Assembly: GCA_964452525.1 (NCBI GenBank)
Contig: CAYVLZ010000005.1
Span: forward strand, 6,979-70,978
DNA length: 64,000 nt
Reading direction: 5' to 3'
Source of the DNA: Candidatus Woesearchaeota archaeon
GTDB taxonomy: Archaea; Nanobdellota; Nanobdellia; SCGC-AAA011-G17; CAYFGV01
Below, in pieces: positions 18,454 through 27,805 of the stretch. Within the stretch, counting starts at the first letter, position 1. Each line of letters begins with the position of its first letter. The position numbers and the translations under genes are program-made. Below the pieces are notes generated by a model. The model ran no database searches. It had not been told where the DNA came from and was given only the letters and a program-made list of their open reading frames with translations.

Positions 18454-20274
18454 TTATGGTGGATAGTATTCTACTTCTGCTTTTATCATAAACGATGATT
18501 GTTCTCCAAATATTTCTCTTGGTTTCATATCTGATGTAGAGAAAATGTAATTATTTTCTTTTATTGCTTGAGTATCTCCACCTAGACAGGGTTTCTGATT
18601 CTCTACAAATTGCATTCCAATATAAAATGAACCTTCGTTTATCTGTATGTTATAATCTGATACATCTACTTTTTCCCAATAACCTTCTCCGTAATTTATT
18701 CTTCCTTCTACATCTAGAGAAAGTATTACTTCGCCGTTATCATCAAATATATATGCTTTGAAAGGGGTGTCTGATTTGTGGCAAGGATACCATTCTCTTC
18801 CGTTTAGGAAATATTCTGCTTTTCTTATCTTTGCTGGATATTTTTCTGGATGGAATTTTACTGTAAATCCCATTCCTTCGTCTGCTGTATTTGCGTATTC
18901 AGGATTTCCGTCATCATATCCCAATTCAGCTATCTCTGGTTCTTGTGTTACAAAATATTCTAGGTTAGATTCTGTTTCGTTTATTATTGTATCGTCTTTA
19001 ACTTTTACTTGAGCTTCATGTTGTCCTGCTGGCAGGTTATTTATTGTAATTGATTTTCCTTCAACATATCTCCAATTTTCGTATGGACTATTGCTTACTC
19101 TTACCCAATAAAATAAATCACTTCCGGATGTTGGGCCTTGGCATATTAATGATCCGTCTATAGTTCCATCGGCGTAATAATCTCTATCGAATCCTGACCA
19201 GCTTAAAGTTACAGCGTCTCCGTTTACTTCGGGAGGATTGAGAGTTACTTCCGGGATTTGGCTTGCTCTTAATATGTTGCCTGTGAATGTTCCGGTTATT
19301 GGTGATAAATCTCCTTGTGGAATTTGTTTGTATTTGTCCCAGTTTTCATCTTCGAAATTTATTTCACTTCCCAGAATATTGGATAGTTTTTCTATGTTAC
19401 CTTCTAGGGTTGATATTTGATATATCACATTGCTTGTTCCAGGGATTATTGTGTAGATCTCTGCCATTGCTTTTTCATGATCTTTAATTTGTTGTCCAGT
19501 GAATGTTCCTATGTAATAAAGTTCATTATCTAGCTCACATATCTTGAATCCTTCTCCCAGATTATCTAAGAAATTTATTATTGCTTCTATTGTTTCTGGA
19601 TTTGTTATTTTTTCTAATACATAGTTTTGTAACCCTTTTTTAGTCATTTCTAATATGTGCCCAGAGTTGTGTGTAAAGTAGAATTGGTCTGGAAAATATT
19701 CTTTATTTGGGTCTTCTACGGAAAATACTTTTGCATCTGGTTGACTATAGTATGTTACCTCAAAACCTTCTAATGATTCTCCTGAATTTGTATCTATTGT
19801 TGTAACAAATGTGTCTGAGAAATAGGCATTACCTTGTTCATCGGTAATTCCTGGTTGTATTGGGTCTCCTGGATCTCCCGGACCAGGTATATTTACATTA
19901 AAGGATCTTTTTGATAATTTGGAAAGAGCATTTTGATTGTCTTCTGCTCTTAGATAGAAGGTATTAGTACCATTGCTTAAATTAGTAAACTTGTACTTCG
20001 TTTCTGTAGTCTCTATATCTGGAGTATCATCGTTAATATCTATGTAATATTTTATTATTTCTCCGTCTTCATCGGATCCTTTCCATTCAAATGTAGCATG
20101 ATTTTCTTGTATTGTTCCTGATGGCCCAGAAATTATCTCAACTATCGGAGGTTGGTTTCCTGTATTTGGATCTGTTGGGTTTTTCTTTCCGCAAGAAGAG
20201 TATAGAAGGAATGTAGAAGTTATAATTGGGATTGTAATCTTGCTGGTTTTTCTTACGAGGTCTGTTAAAGACAT
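18454..20274 (-). CDS. Predicted lipoprotein with FN3/Ig-like (Y_Y_Y-like) domains
   Basis: Start at 20274, because the ORF-track start lies inside the tRNA. Lipobox-like LLYSSC/GKK, 'FEWKGSDEDG..FTNLSNGTNTFYLRAED', 'ELGYDDG'. Confidence 0.75.
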   Translation of the reverse strand: MSLTDLVRKTSKITIPIITSTFLLYSSCGKKNPTDPNTGNQPPIVEIISGPSGTIQENHATFEWKGSDEDGEIIKYYIDINDDTPDIETTETKYKFTNLSNGTNTFYLRAEDNQNALSKLSKRSFNVNIPGPGDPGDPIQPGITDEQGNAYFSDTFVTTIDTNSGESLEGFEVTYYSQPDAKVFSVEDPNKEYFPDQFYFTHNSGHILEMTKKGLQNYVLEKITNPETIEAIINFLDNLGEGFKICELDNELYYIGTFTGQQIKDHEKAMAEIYTIIPGTSNVIYQISTLEGNIEKLSNILGSEINFEDENWDKYKQIPQGDLSPITGTFTGNILRASQIPEVTLNPPEVNGDAVTLSWSGFDRDYYADGTIDGSLICQGPTSGSDLFYWVRVSNSPYENWRYVEGKSITINNLPAGQHEAQVKVKDDTIINETESNLEYFVTQEPEIAELGYDDGNPEYANTADEGMGFTVKFHPEKYPAKIRKAEYFLNGREWYPCHKSDTPFKAYIFDDNGEVILSLDVEGRINYGEGYWEKVDVSDYNIQINEGSFYIGMQFVENQKPCLGGDTQAIKENNYIFSTSDMKPREIFGEQSSFMIKAEVEYYPP

Positions 20275-20313
20275 ATTTTGGGGAACAGAATTAAAGTTAT
20301 AAATGTTTTGAAA

Positions 20314-20421
20314 TGGAGCCGGTGGGATTTGAACCCACGACACCTAGATGGCTGCTCTTGGAGATCTTCAGTTTCACTTACTTTTGGAGTAGCTAGTGCT
20401 CTCCCCCTGAGCTACGGCTCC
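20314..20421 (-). tRNA. tRNA-Phe(GAA) with two introns: 20373-20392 (position 30/31, 20 nt) and 20350-20365 (position 37/38, 16 nt); CCA not encoded
   Basis: Removing both gives GGAGCCG TA GCTC AGGGGGA GAGC A CTAGA CTGAAGA TCTAG GTGTC GTGGG TTCAAAT CCCAC CGGCTCC A (72 nt) with the classic Phe arm AGACTGAAGATCT. Confidence 0.92.
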
Positions 20422-20507
20422 TTAATAAGGTTCTCTGTAGGTTTGTTAATAAAGTTTACGATTGGGGTAAAGAAAGGTTTAAATATTGTTTTAAGAAACA
20501 TAGTTTA

Positions 20508-22853
20508 ATGGAACTAGAAAAAACTTATGATGCTAAGAAAATAGAATCTAAAATCCAGAGTTTTTGGGATAAAAACAAGATATATAAATTTAGAAATAAA
20601 GGAAAGGTGTATAGTATAGATACTCCTCCCCCTACCGTTTCTGGAAAGATGCATATGGGTCATGTTTTTTCTTATGCACAACAAGATTTTGTAGCTAGAT
20701 TTAGGAGAATGGTTGACAATGTTTTTTATCCGTTTGGTACAGACGATAACGGGTTGCCTACTGAAAGATTGATTGAGAGATTAAAGAAGGTTAAGAGTGA
20801 AAACCTTTCAAGATTAGATTTTATTAAATTGTGTCTTAAGACTTTAAGCGAGATAACTCCCGGATTCGTAGAGCAATGGAAAAATTTGGGAGTCTCTGCG
20901 GATTATGATGTTTATTATTCTACTATTGATGATCAGTCTAGGCAAATCTCTCAGAGATCTTTTATTGATTTGTATAAAAGAGGTTTCGTCTATAAAAAAG
21001 AGTTTCCTACCATATGGTGTCCTGAATGTCAAACAGCTATTGCTCAAGCGGAATTGGATGATGAGGAAGAAACAGGTTTGTTTTCTACTTTGAGATTTAA
21101 AGTTGATGGAGAAGATCTACTGATTGCTACTACACGACCTGAACTTTTAGCAGCATGCGTTGCAGTATTTGTTAATCCTGCTGATAAAAAAAATAAAAAA
21201 TTTGTAGGAAAAAAAGCTAAGGTTCCTTTATTTAATTTTGAAGTGCCTGTTTTAGAAGATGCTTCTGCTGACATGGAAAAAGGTACGGGGGTTCTGATGG
21301 TCTGTAGTTATGGAGATAGGTTTGATGTCGATGCTATTGCTAGACATAATTTGATACCTAGATTAATAATGAACCCCGATGGTACTATCAATGTTGTGGG
21401 TTATAAGGGTTTAAAGGTTAAGGAAGCTAGAAAGAAAATTATTAGAGATTTAAGGGAGAATAATCTTATTAAGGAAGAAAAACAGATTAGCCATGTTTTG
21501 AATGTTCATGATAAATGTGGTACTCATGTAGAATTCATAATGACGGAGCAATGGTTCATTAAAATTCTACAAAATAAAGTTAAATTGATAAAACAAGGTA
21601 GAAAGTTAAACTGGTATCCTGATTATATGTATAAAAGATATGAGAATTGGGTGAAGGGATTGGAATGGGATTGGAGTATATCTAGAGATAGACATTTTGG
21701 AATTCCTATTCCCGTATGGGTGTGTAAAAAATGTGATGAGATTATTTTGCCTAAATTAAATGAGTTGCCTGTTGATCCCTTACAGATTAAAAAAAGATGT
21801 AGCAAATGTAAACAATTTGCAGAACCAGAAACTAAAGTTTTAGATACTTGGGCTACGTCTTCATTAACACCTCAGATAGCTTCTAGTCTTGTTAAAAATA
21901 AAATTAAGATACCTTATTCCTTGAGACCACAAGCACACGATATTATAAGGACGTGGGCTTTCTATACGATAGTTAAATCTTTTTATCATGATAAGAAAAT
22001 ACCTTGGAATGATGTGATGATTTCTGGTTTTGTTACGTTGCATGGAGAGAAGATGTCTAAGAGCAAAGGTAATGTTATAGAGCCCGAGAAAGTTTTACAT
22101 AAATTTGGTGTTGATGCGTTAAGGTTTTGGGCAGGAGGGCCTAAAATAGGAGAGGATTTAGATTATAGGGAGGAGGATTTGATAATTGGTAAGAAGTTTA
22201 TAACTAAATTATGGAATGCTTCTAGACTTGCTTTTATGAATTTGCAGGACTATAAGGGAAAGAAAGTAAAATTAGAAATGATGGACAGGTGGTTACTTTC
22301 TAAGTTGAATAATGTTATAAAGGAGTCTACAGATAGTTTTTACAAGTACAATCCCGGAGAATCTAAAAGGGTTGTAGAATACTTTTTCTGGAGCGTTTTT
22401 TGTGATAATTATTTGGAAATTGTTAAGGATAGGTTGTATAATCCTAAGATAAGGGGGAAGCGAGCTAGAGAATCTGCGCAATATACATTGTATATTTCTT
22501 TATTAACCGTTTTAAAATTAATGGCACCTATTGTTCCCCATGTTACTGAAGAAATCTATCAGAAAGGGTTTAGAAAAAGAGAAAAAGATAAAAGTATACA
22601 TATTTCTAAATGGCCGAAGTATGATAAAAGAATGTTCGATAAAAAAATAGAAAAAATAGGCGATGATGTTGTACATATTGTATCCAAAGTTAGACAATTT
22701 AAAGCCAAAAATAATCAGTCATTGAAAGTACCTGTAGTTTTGACTTTAGAGAAAAGATATAAAAAAGAATTTAAAGATGTTATGGAAGATTTAAAAGCAA
22801 CACTAAATGCCAAAAAAGTTAACTTTGGGTCCAGTTTTAATGTGAGATTCTAA
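20508..22853 (+). CDS. valS: Valine--tRNA ligase
   Basis: IDTPPPTVSGKMHMGH, ATTRPEL, DWSISR, LDTWATSS, KMSKS. Confidence 0.97.
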   Translation: MELEKTYDAKKIESKIQSFWDKNKIYKFRNKGKVYSIDTPPPTVSGKMHMGHVFSYAQQDFVARFRRMVDNVFYPFGTDDNGLPTERLIERLKKVKSENLSRLDFIKLCLKTLSEITPGFVEQWKNLGVSADYDVYYSTIDDQSRQISQRSFIDLYKRGFVYKKEFPTIWCPECQTAIAQAELDDEEETGLFSTLRFKVDGEDLLIATTRPELLAACVAVFVNPADKKNKKFVGKKAKVPLFNFEVPVLEDASADMEKGTGVLMVCSYGDRFDVDAIARHNLIPRLIMNPDGTINVVGYKGLKVKEARKKIIRDLRENNLIKEEKQISHVLNVHDKCGTHVEFIMTEQWFIKILQNKVKLIKQGRKLNWYPDYMYKRYENWVKGLEWDWSISRDRHFGIPIPVWVCKKCDEIILPKLNELPVDPLQIKKRCSKCKQFAEPETKVLDTWATSSLTPQIASSLVKNKIKIPYSLRPQAHDIIRTWAFYTIVKSFYHDKKIPWNDVMISGFVTLHGEKMSKSKGNVIEPEKVLHKFGVDALRFWAGGPKIGEDLDYREEDLIIGKKFITKLWNASRLAFMNLQDYKGKKVKLEMMDRWLLSKLNNVIKESTDSFYKYNPGESKRVVEYFFWSVFCDNYLEIVKDRLYNPKIRGKRARESAQYTLYISLLTVLKLMAPIVPHVTEEIYQKGFRKREKDKSIHISKWPKYDKRMFDKKIEKIGDDVVHIVSKVRQFKAKNNQSLKVPVVLTLEKRYKKEFKDVMEDLKATLNAKKVNFGSSFNVRF

Positions 22854-22854
22854 C

Positions 22855-23943
22855 ATGGAAGCTAAGAGTAAATTAAAATTAAGGAAATTTATAGAAGAGT
22901 TAAAACCAATTAGAGGGAGACATACGGAGTTGGTTACAGTCTATATCCCCACTGGTTATGATATACATAAAATCATAAATCACCTACAGCAAGAGCAGGA
23001 TACTGCTTCTAATATTAAGGATAAGACAAATAGAAAAAGAGTTCAGGATTCCTTGGAAAGGATGATTAGGCACCTTAGGATTTATAAGAAAACTCCCGAG
23101 AATGGATTAGCTGCATTTTCTGGTAATGCTTCTGGTTCTGATACTAAGGTTGATATTAAAGTTTGGAGTATCGAGCCACCCGAGCCCATTAACACAAGGT
23201 TGTATAGATGTGACCAATATTTTGTTTTGGATATTCTTGAGGACATGGTGGAATATAAGGAGACTTATGGTTTGATAGTTATCGATAGGAGAGAAGGCAA
23301 CATTGGTTTGTTGAAAGGTAATACTGTTAACGGGGTGGCTAGTTTTAGTTCTGATGTTCCTGGAAAAACAACCAAAGGAGGCCAGAGCCAACAACGTTAC
23401 GCAAGAATAAGGGAAGCTGCTGCTAAGGATTTTTTTAAAAAAATTGGAGATGCAGCAAATAAAGAATTCTTGGAAATGAAAGATTTAAAGGGAATTATCA
23501 TTGGAGGTCCCGGTCCCACTAAGGAAGATTTTCTTAACGGGGATTATTTAAACAACGAGGTCAAGAAAAAAGTTTTAGGAACTCTTGATTTGAGTTATAC
23601 TGGAGAATTTGGTTTGAATGAGTTAGTTGACAAGAGTCAGGAGTTGTTGGCTGAAGAGGAGGTCATGGAAGAAAAAAAAGTAATGCAGGAGTTTTTTACA
23701 ACTTTAGCTACAAATCCTCAAAAGACTGCTTATGGAAAGGAAGTTGATAAAGCCTTTGAGTACGGTGCAGTTAAGATTGTTTTACTTTCCGATAGTTTGG
23801 ATAGTAAAGATATTGAAGAATATGAGAAGAAAGCAGAAGATACGGGAGCAGAAATTAAGATAATATCTACTAAGACTAGAGAAGGAGAGCAACTAAAGGA
23901 GATAGGAAAAGTTGCTGCTATTCTCAGATTTGTTGTTTCGTAA
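22855..23943 (+). CDS. prf1: Peptide chain release factor aRF1
   Basis: TASNIK, YRCD, GGQS, AAILRF. Confidence 0.96.
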   Translation: MEAKSKLKLRKFIEELKPIRGRHTELVTVYIPTGYDIHKIINHLQQEQDTASNIKDKTNRKRVQDSLERMIRHLRIYKKTPENGLAAFSGNASGSDTKVDIKVWSIEPPEPINTRLYRCDQYFVLDILEDMVEYKETYGLIVIDRREGNIGLLKGNTVNGVASFSSDVPGKTTKGGQSQQRYARIREAAAKDFFKKIGDAANKEFLEMKDLKGIIIGGPGPTKEDFLNGDYLNNEVKKKVLGTLDLSYTGEFGLNELVDKSQELLAEEEVMEEKKVMQEFFTTLATNPQKTAYGKEVDKAFEYGAVKIVLLSDSLDSKDIEEYEKKAEDTGAEIKIISTKTREGEQLKEIGKVAAILRFVVS

Positions 23944-23956
23944 ATAAAACGAAAGT

Positions 23957-23988
<32 letters not shown>

Positions 23989-23999
23989 GAGATTTAATT

Positions 24000-24359
24000 A
24001 TGAAAAAAGAGATTTTAGTAGCGATTTTAGTTATTACTGCTATATTCATAGTAGGGTGTACATCAGAAGCACAACAGAGTCCGAGGAAAGCAGCAACAAG
24101 TATACAAACATTTACAATAGGGGATGTATTAGAGAGAATACAAAATGCAGAAGTTATAATTGATTATGCTCCCAATTGTACTTATGCTTGTAATCCTAAT
24201 GTTTGTGTTGATGCTTTTATGTTTAATGAGACTCGTATAGTTGAACATGATAACGGTAGGAAAAATGTGTTGGAACCACTGGGATGTGGAGATACTGCTT
24301 TCTATGACAATGGTGATGTAATGAATCGACCTATGATGTGCGAGTGTGCACAAACTTAA
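24000..24359 (+). CDS. Small Cys-rich predicted lipoprotein
   Basis: MKKEILVAILVITAIFIVG/C lipobox; six further Cys. Confidence 0.75.
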   Translation: MKKEILVAILVITAIFIVGCTSEAQQSPRKAATSIQTFTIGDVLERIQNAEVIIDYAPNCTYACNPNVCVDAFMFNETRIVEHDNGRKNVLEPLGCGDTAFYDNGDVMNRPMMCECAQT

Positions 24360-24360
24360 C

Positions 24361-24375
24361 TTTTTTCTTTTTTTT
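24361..24375 (+). terminator. Archaeal oligo-T terminator
   Basis: TTTTTTCTTTTTTTT directly after the stop codon. Confidence 0.55.
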
Positions 24376-24412
24376 CATTAATTTTATAAACTCTTAGCTT
24401 TTTTGTTAACCT

Positions 24413-24919
24413 ATGGTTGAAGATATTAATAAGATAGAGACTATATTGTTTACAACTGGAAAATTTTTGAATCTGGATGAGATATCTCAGTTAACGGGTG
24501 TTGCTAGTATTGGTTATTTGAAGGACTTGTTAGTTGAACTTAAGAATAAGTATGAGTCTTCTAACTCTGCCTTACAGGTTATTAATGAGAATAATAAATG
24601 GAAGCTTGGGATCAAGAAAGAATATCTTTATTTGACTGAGAAATTATTGACAACTGCCGAATTAGATATGCCTGTACAGGAGACTTTGGCTGTAATAGCG
24701 TATAAACAACCCGCCATTCAAGCTGATGTTGTTAATATTAGGGGGAACAAATCTTATGACCATATTAGGAGATTAAAAGAGGAGGGTTTTTTGGTTTCAG
24801 AGAAATTTGGAAGAACTAGAATATTAAAGTTAACCAATAAGTTTTATGATTATTTTGATGTATTGGATGATCAATTAAAAGAACAATTAGTTAATAAATC
24901 AGATGATAAAAAAGATTAA
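24413..24919 (+). CDS. scpB: SMC-Scp complex subunit ScpB
   Basis: IETILF, ETLAVIAYKQP..ADVVNIRG..HIRRL..GRT..LTNKFYDYF. Confidence 0.92.
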   Translation: MVEDINKIETILFTTGKFLNLDEISQLTGVASIGYLKDLLVELKNKYESSNSALQVINENNKWKLGIKKEYLYLTEKLLTTAELDMPVQETLAVIAYKQPAIQADVVNIRGNKSYDHIRRLKEEGFLVSEKFGRTRILKLTNKFYDYFDVLDDQLKEQLVNKSDDKKD

Positions 24920-26390
24920 AGTTAATTGGCTATTGCTGCTGATATTTGTATTTGTGTTGTCTTTTAGGTTATTTTTTGTTTTTCAGGTAGATGGATTTTC
25001 TCCGGATGCTTATTTTAATATTAAACACATAGATTACGTTTCTGATAATTGGCATATTATGGATCATGACTGGTTGAGTTATGGTGGAAGAGATGTTTTA
25101 TTGACCCCTGGTTTTTATTATTTTATTGCTTTTTTTGATATTTTCTTTTCTTTTGACTTACTTTTGAAGATTCTCCCGGAGATTCTTTTAGCAAGTTTGG
25201 TTATTATAGTTTATCTTATCTCTATGGAAATAACACAAGATAAAAATTCTTCTTTAATTGCCGCTTTAATCTCGGGTTTTGTCCCTTTGCTTGTAGAAAA
25301 AACTTTGAATGCAGTTTCTGTTTATTCTTTGGTCTTGCCCTTGATGTTCTTTATGTTTTATTGTTTTATCAAGTTAGTCGAGGATAGAAGGTATGTTGTT
25401 CCTTTTGTTGTTTCTTCTTTTATTTTACCTTTAATACATCCTAGTGTTTTGATATTTGTTTTTTCCTTAATATTTTACTTTATATTGTTAGTTAGCGAAG
25501 GATTGAGAATGAATACTTTAAGAAAAGAGGTTTTATTATTCTCTTTTTTCCTAATATTATTAATCCAGTTCATTATTTTCAAATCAGCTTTTATCCAATA
25601 TGGTTTAGATATTATCAAATACAATATCCCCTCTAAGATTCTTGAAGATTATTTTAGAAATGTGGATGTCTTTTCTTTAGTGTACGCTGTGGGCATCTTA
25701 CCTTTTGTTTTAGGTACTATTGGAGTATTCTATGGGATTTTTTCTAATAAAAAAAGAAAGATATTTTTGATCACTAGTATTATTCTATCAGTTCTTTTAT
25801 TACTCTTAACCAAACTTGTTGAATTTTATACTGGTTTAATCTTTCTTGGAGTATCTTTAGCAATATTATCTGCATTTACTCTATCTAGATTGTATCGTTA
25901 TATAAGATTAACTAAGTTTTCAGATTATAATAGTTATCTTACTTATTTTATTTTATTTTTGGTTACTTTGTTCTCGATTGTTCCTTCCTTTTCAGTTGCT
26001 AAAGAGGTTACTGAGAATTCCCTTAATTCTGAAGAGTTAGAAGCTTTGGAATGGTTTAGAGATAGTTCCGGAGACAGGGAAGTTGTATTGGCTGACATCT
26101 CTGAAGGTCATTTAATCAATGTTGTTGCCGAAAGGAAAACCGTTATGGACGATTATTTTTTGTTGGTTGATGACGCCTTCATGAGATATAATGATGTTAA
26201 CAAGGTTTTTACTACAGGTAGCGAAGCTGTAGCTCTCGGCATAGTTGATAAATATAATATAAGATATTTCTATATTTCAGAGAGAGTTAAAGAAAGATAT
26301 AATATAGAATCTATTAAATATTTAGAAAATAGGAATTGTTTTGATAGGTTGTGGAATAATGAAGTCCAAATTTATAAAATTGTTTGCTGA
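24903..26390 (+). CDS. Multi-pass GT-C fold glycosyltransferase-like protein (STT3/PMT-like)
   Basis: About 12 TM segments, DAYFN..D.LSYGGR loop, C-terminal soluble domain (EALEWFR..VVLA..EGHLI..A.RK..D..F..KYNIRY). Confidence 0.7.
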   Translation: MIKKIKVNWLLLLIFVFVLSFRLFFVFQVDGFSPDAYFNIKHIDYVSDNWHIMDHDWLSYGGRDVLLTPGFYYFIAFFDIFFSFDLLLKILPEILLASLVIIVYLISMEITQDKNSSLIAALISGFVPLLVEKTLNAVSVYSLVLPLMFFMFYCFIKLVEDRRYVVPFVVSSFILPLIHPSVLIFVFSLIFYFILLVSEGLRMNTLRKEVLLFSFFLILLIQFIIFKSAFIQYGLDIIKYNIPSKILEDYFRNVDVFSLVYAVGILPFVLGTIGVFYGIFSNKKRKIFLITSIILSVLLLLLTKLVEFYTGLIFLGVSLAILSAFTLSRLYRYIRLTKFSDYNSYLTYFILFLVTLFSIVPSFSVAKEVTENSLNSEELEALEWFRDSSGDREVVLADISEGHLINVVAERKTVMDDYFLLVDDAFMRYNDVNKVFTTGSEAVALGIVDKYNIRYFYISERVKERYNIESIKYLENRNCFDRLWNNEVQIYKIVC

Positions 26391-27771
26391 AAAAAAATTT
26401 TTAATAATATTGTTGGTTATATATGTAGTTATTCTTATCTCTGTACATGTGGTTAGAGGTAATTTCTTGATTGGAGAAGAGGCTTATTTTAATTCTAGGA
26501 TAGCTAATCAATTCTTGGAAACTGGAGAAATTGTCCATGATGATTTTAGTTATGGTGGAAGAAACTTATTGATACCTTTAGCTTTTCCACTTGTTTTGGC
26601 TGGTTTTAGTGCTTTAACCGGGACCACGGTTTTTTTTGCAGCCAAAGCAATTCCTTTTATTTTGGGATTCTTTTCTATTATTTTGTTTTATCTAATTTTG
26701 ACTTTCTTTAAGGTCAATGAGAGAGTTAAATTATTTTCTTTAATATTTTTGTTACTTTCTCCTACTTTTTTATACTTGTTTATTACTTCTACTAAATTCT
26801 CTTCCGTAATCTTTCTTTCTTTTTTGGGTTTTTATTTATTGTTGAAGAATAGAAAAATTTTAGCCGCTATATCTTTTATTCTTATTCCATTACTCAATCT
26901 TCTTTTATCTTATTTCATATTTTTTATTTTATTTTTCTATGTTCTTAAGCAAAGAAAGAACCTGAGATGGTACTTTTTAGTTTTATTTTTAACTTTTAGT
27001 ATTGTTTTTACTTTATATGGCTATGGTGTTGGATATAGACCAGAAGTTCCTTTTAAATCTCTAATTTCTGATTTTGGTGGACAATTCGGTCTGAGTATTT
27101 TTTCCGTTACTCTGTCTTTTATAGGCCTTGGTAATCTTTGGAGAAGAAAATACAGGAATTTTTTAGTTTATTTAGTCTTCGTTGTACTTTTGATTTCTAG
27201 TCTTTATTATGTCCAAAATTTATTTTTATTTAATTTTTTGGTTGTTGTTCTGGCTGCTTATGGTTTAAACTATCTTGTTAATAGGAGTTGGAGTAGTTTT
27301 TTGATAAAAAGATTCACATTGTTTATACTTTTATTGGGCGTATTGTTCTCAGGAATATCTTATATCAATATTTTGGAGGATGTGAGACCGGATCAACAAG
27401 ATATTAAAGTTTTAAGGTATTTAGAAGATGTTACTGGTCCTGGCGATATGGTTTTCTCTCATTACAGTATGGGAAATTGGATTAGTGGAATTGCTCATAG
27501 AAGAAATTTTATGGATTCTAATTTCATTAATGCCCCTTCTTTAGAAAAAAGACTTAGATACTCGGATGTTTTATTTTATTCAAGAGATAGACAGTTGATG
27601 ATTAGTATCTTAGAAGAATATGATATAGATTATATCTGGATAGATTATGAAATGATAAGAGAGTTGGACCTTGATAACAGGGGAGGATTGTTGTTATTGT
27701 TTTTATATGATGATAGATTTGAAAATCTTTATAATAGGGACGGCATAGAGATCTGGAAATTTAATGGATAG
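26359..27771 (+). CDS. Multi-pass GT-C fold glycosyltransferase-like protein, paralog of the upstream gene
   Basis: EAYFN..DDFSYGGR, many TM segments, C-terminal VFSHYSMGNWI..IAHR..D..F..EYDIDYI. Confidence 0.7.
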   Translation: MKSKFIKLFAEKKFLIILLVIYVVILISVHVVRGNFLIGEEAYFNSRIANQFLETGEIVHDDFSYGGRNLLIPLAFPLVLAGFSALTGTTVFFAAKAIPFILGFFSIILFYLILTFFKVNERVKLFSLIFLLLSPTFLYLFITSTKFSSVIFLSFLGFYLLLKNRKILAAISFILIPLLNLLLSYFIFFILFFYVLKQRKNLRWYFLVLFLTFSIVFTLYGYGVGYRPEVPFKSLISDFGGQFGLSIFSVTLSFIGLGNLWRRKYRNFLVYLVFVVLLISSLYYVQNLFLFNFLVVVLAAYGLNYLVNRSWSSFLIKRFTLFILLLGVLFSGISYINILEDVRPDQQDIKVLRYLEDVTGPGDMVFSHYSMGNWISGIAHRRNFMDSNFINAPSLEKRLRYSDVLFYSRDRQLMISILEEYDIDYIWIDYEMIRELDLDNRGGLLLLFLYDDRFENLYNRDGIEIWKFNG

Positions 27772-27805
27772 AAAAGCTTTAATATATTTTAGCTTTTAGG
27801 ACCTT

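Noticed and set aside
18440..20310. TTATAAATGTT repeated on both sides of the lipoprotein gene as a possible att or target-site duplication
   Set aside because: Each copy lies about 25 nt upstream of a minus-strand ATG, so they are TATA boxes. They do not duplicate the tRNA end.
20380..20392. tRNA-Trp reading (CTCCAAA contains a CCA anticodon; CTGA could be a D box)
   Set aside because: CCA sits in the loop of a clean BHB intron hairpin. Only the Phe reading restores a 5-bp anticodon stem and 7-nt loop, and no C box is present.
23000..23030. aRF1 has NIKD instead of NIKS, hinting at stop-codon reassignment
   Set aside because: TAA, TAG and TGA all terminate conserved genes at expected positions (e.g. 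histone, rpoL and mbf1 end in TGA; pcn ends in TAG), and no conserved gene has an in-frame stop.
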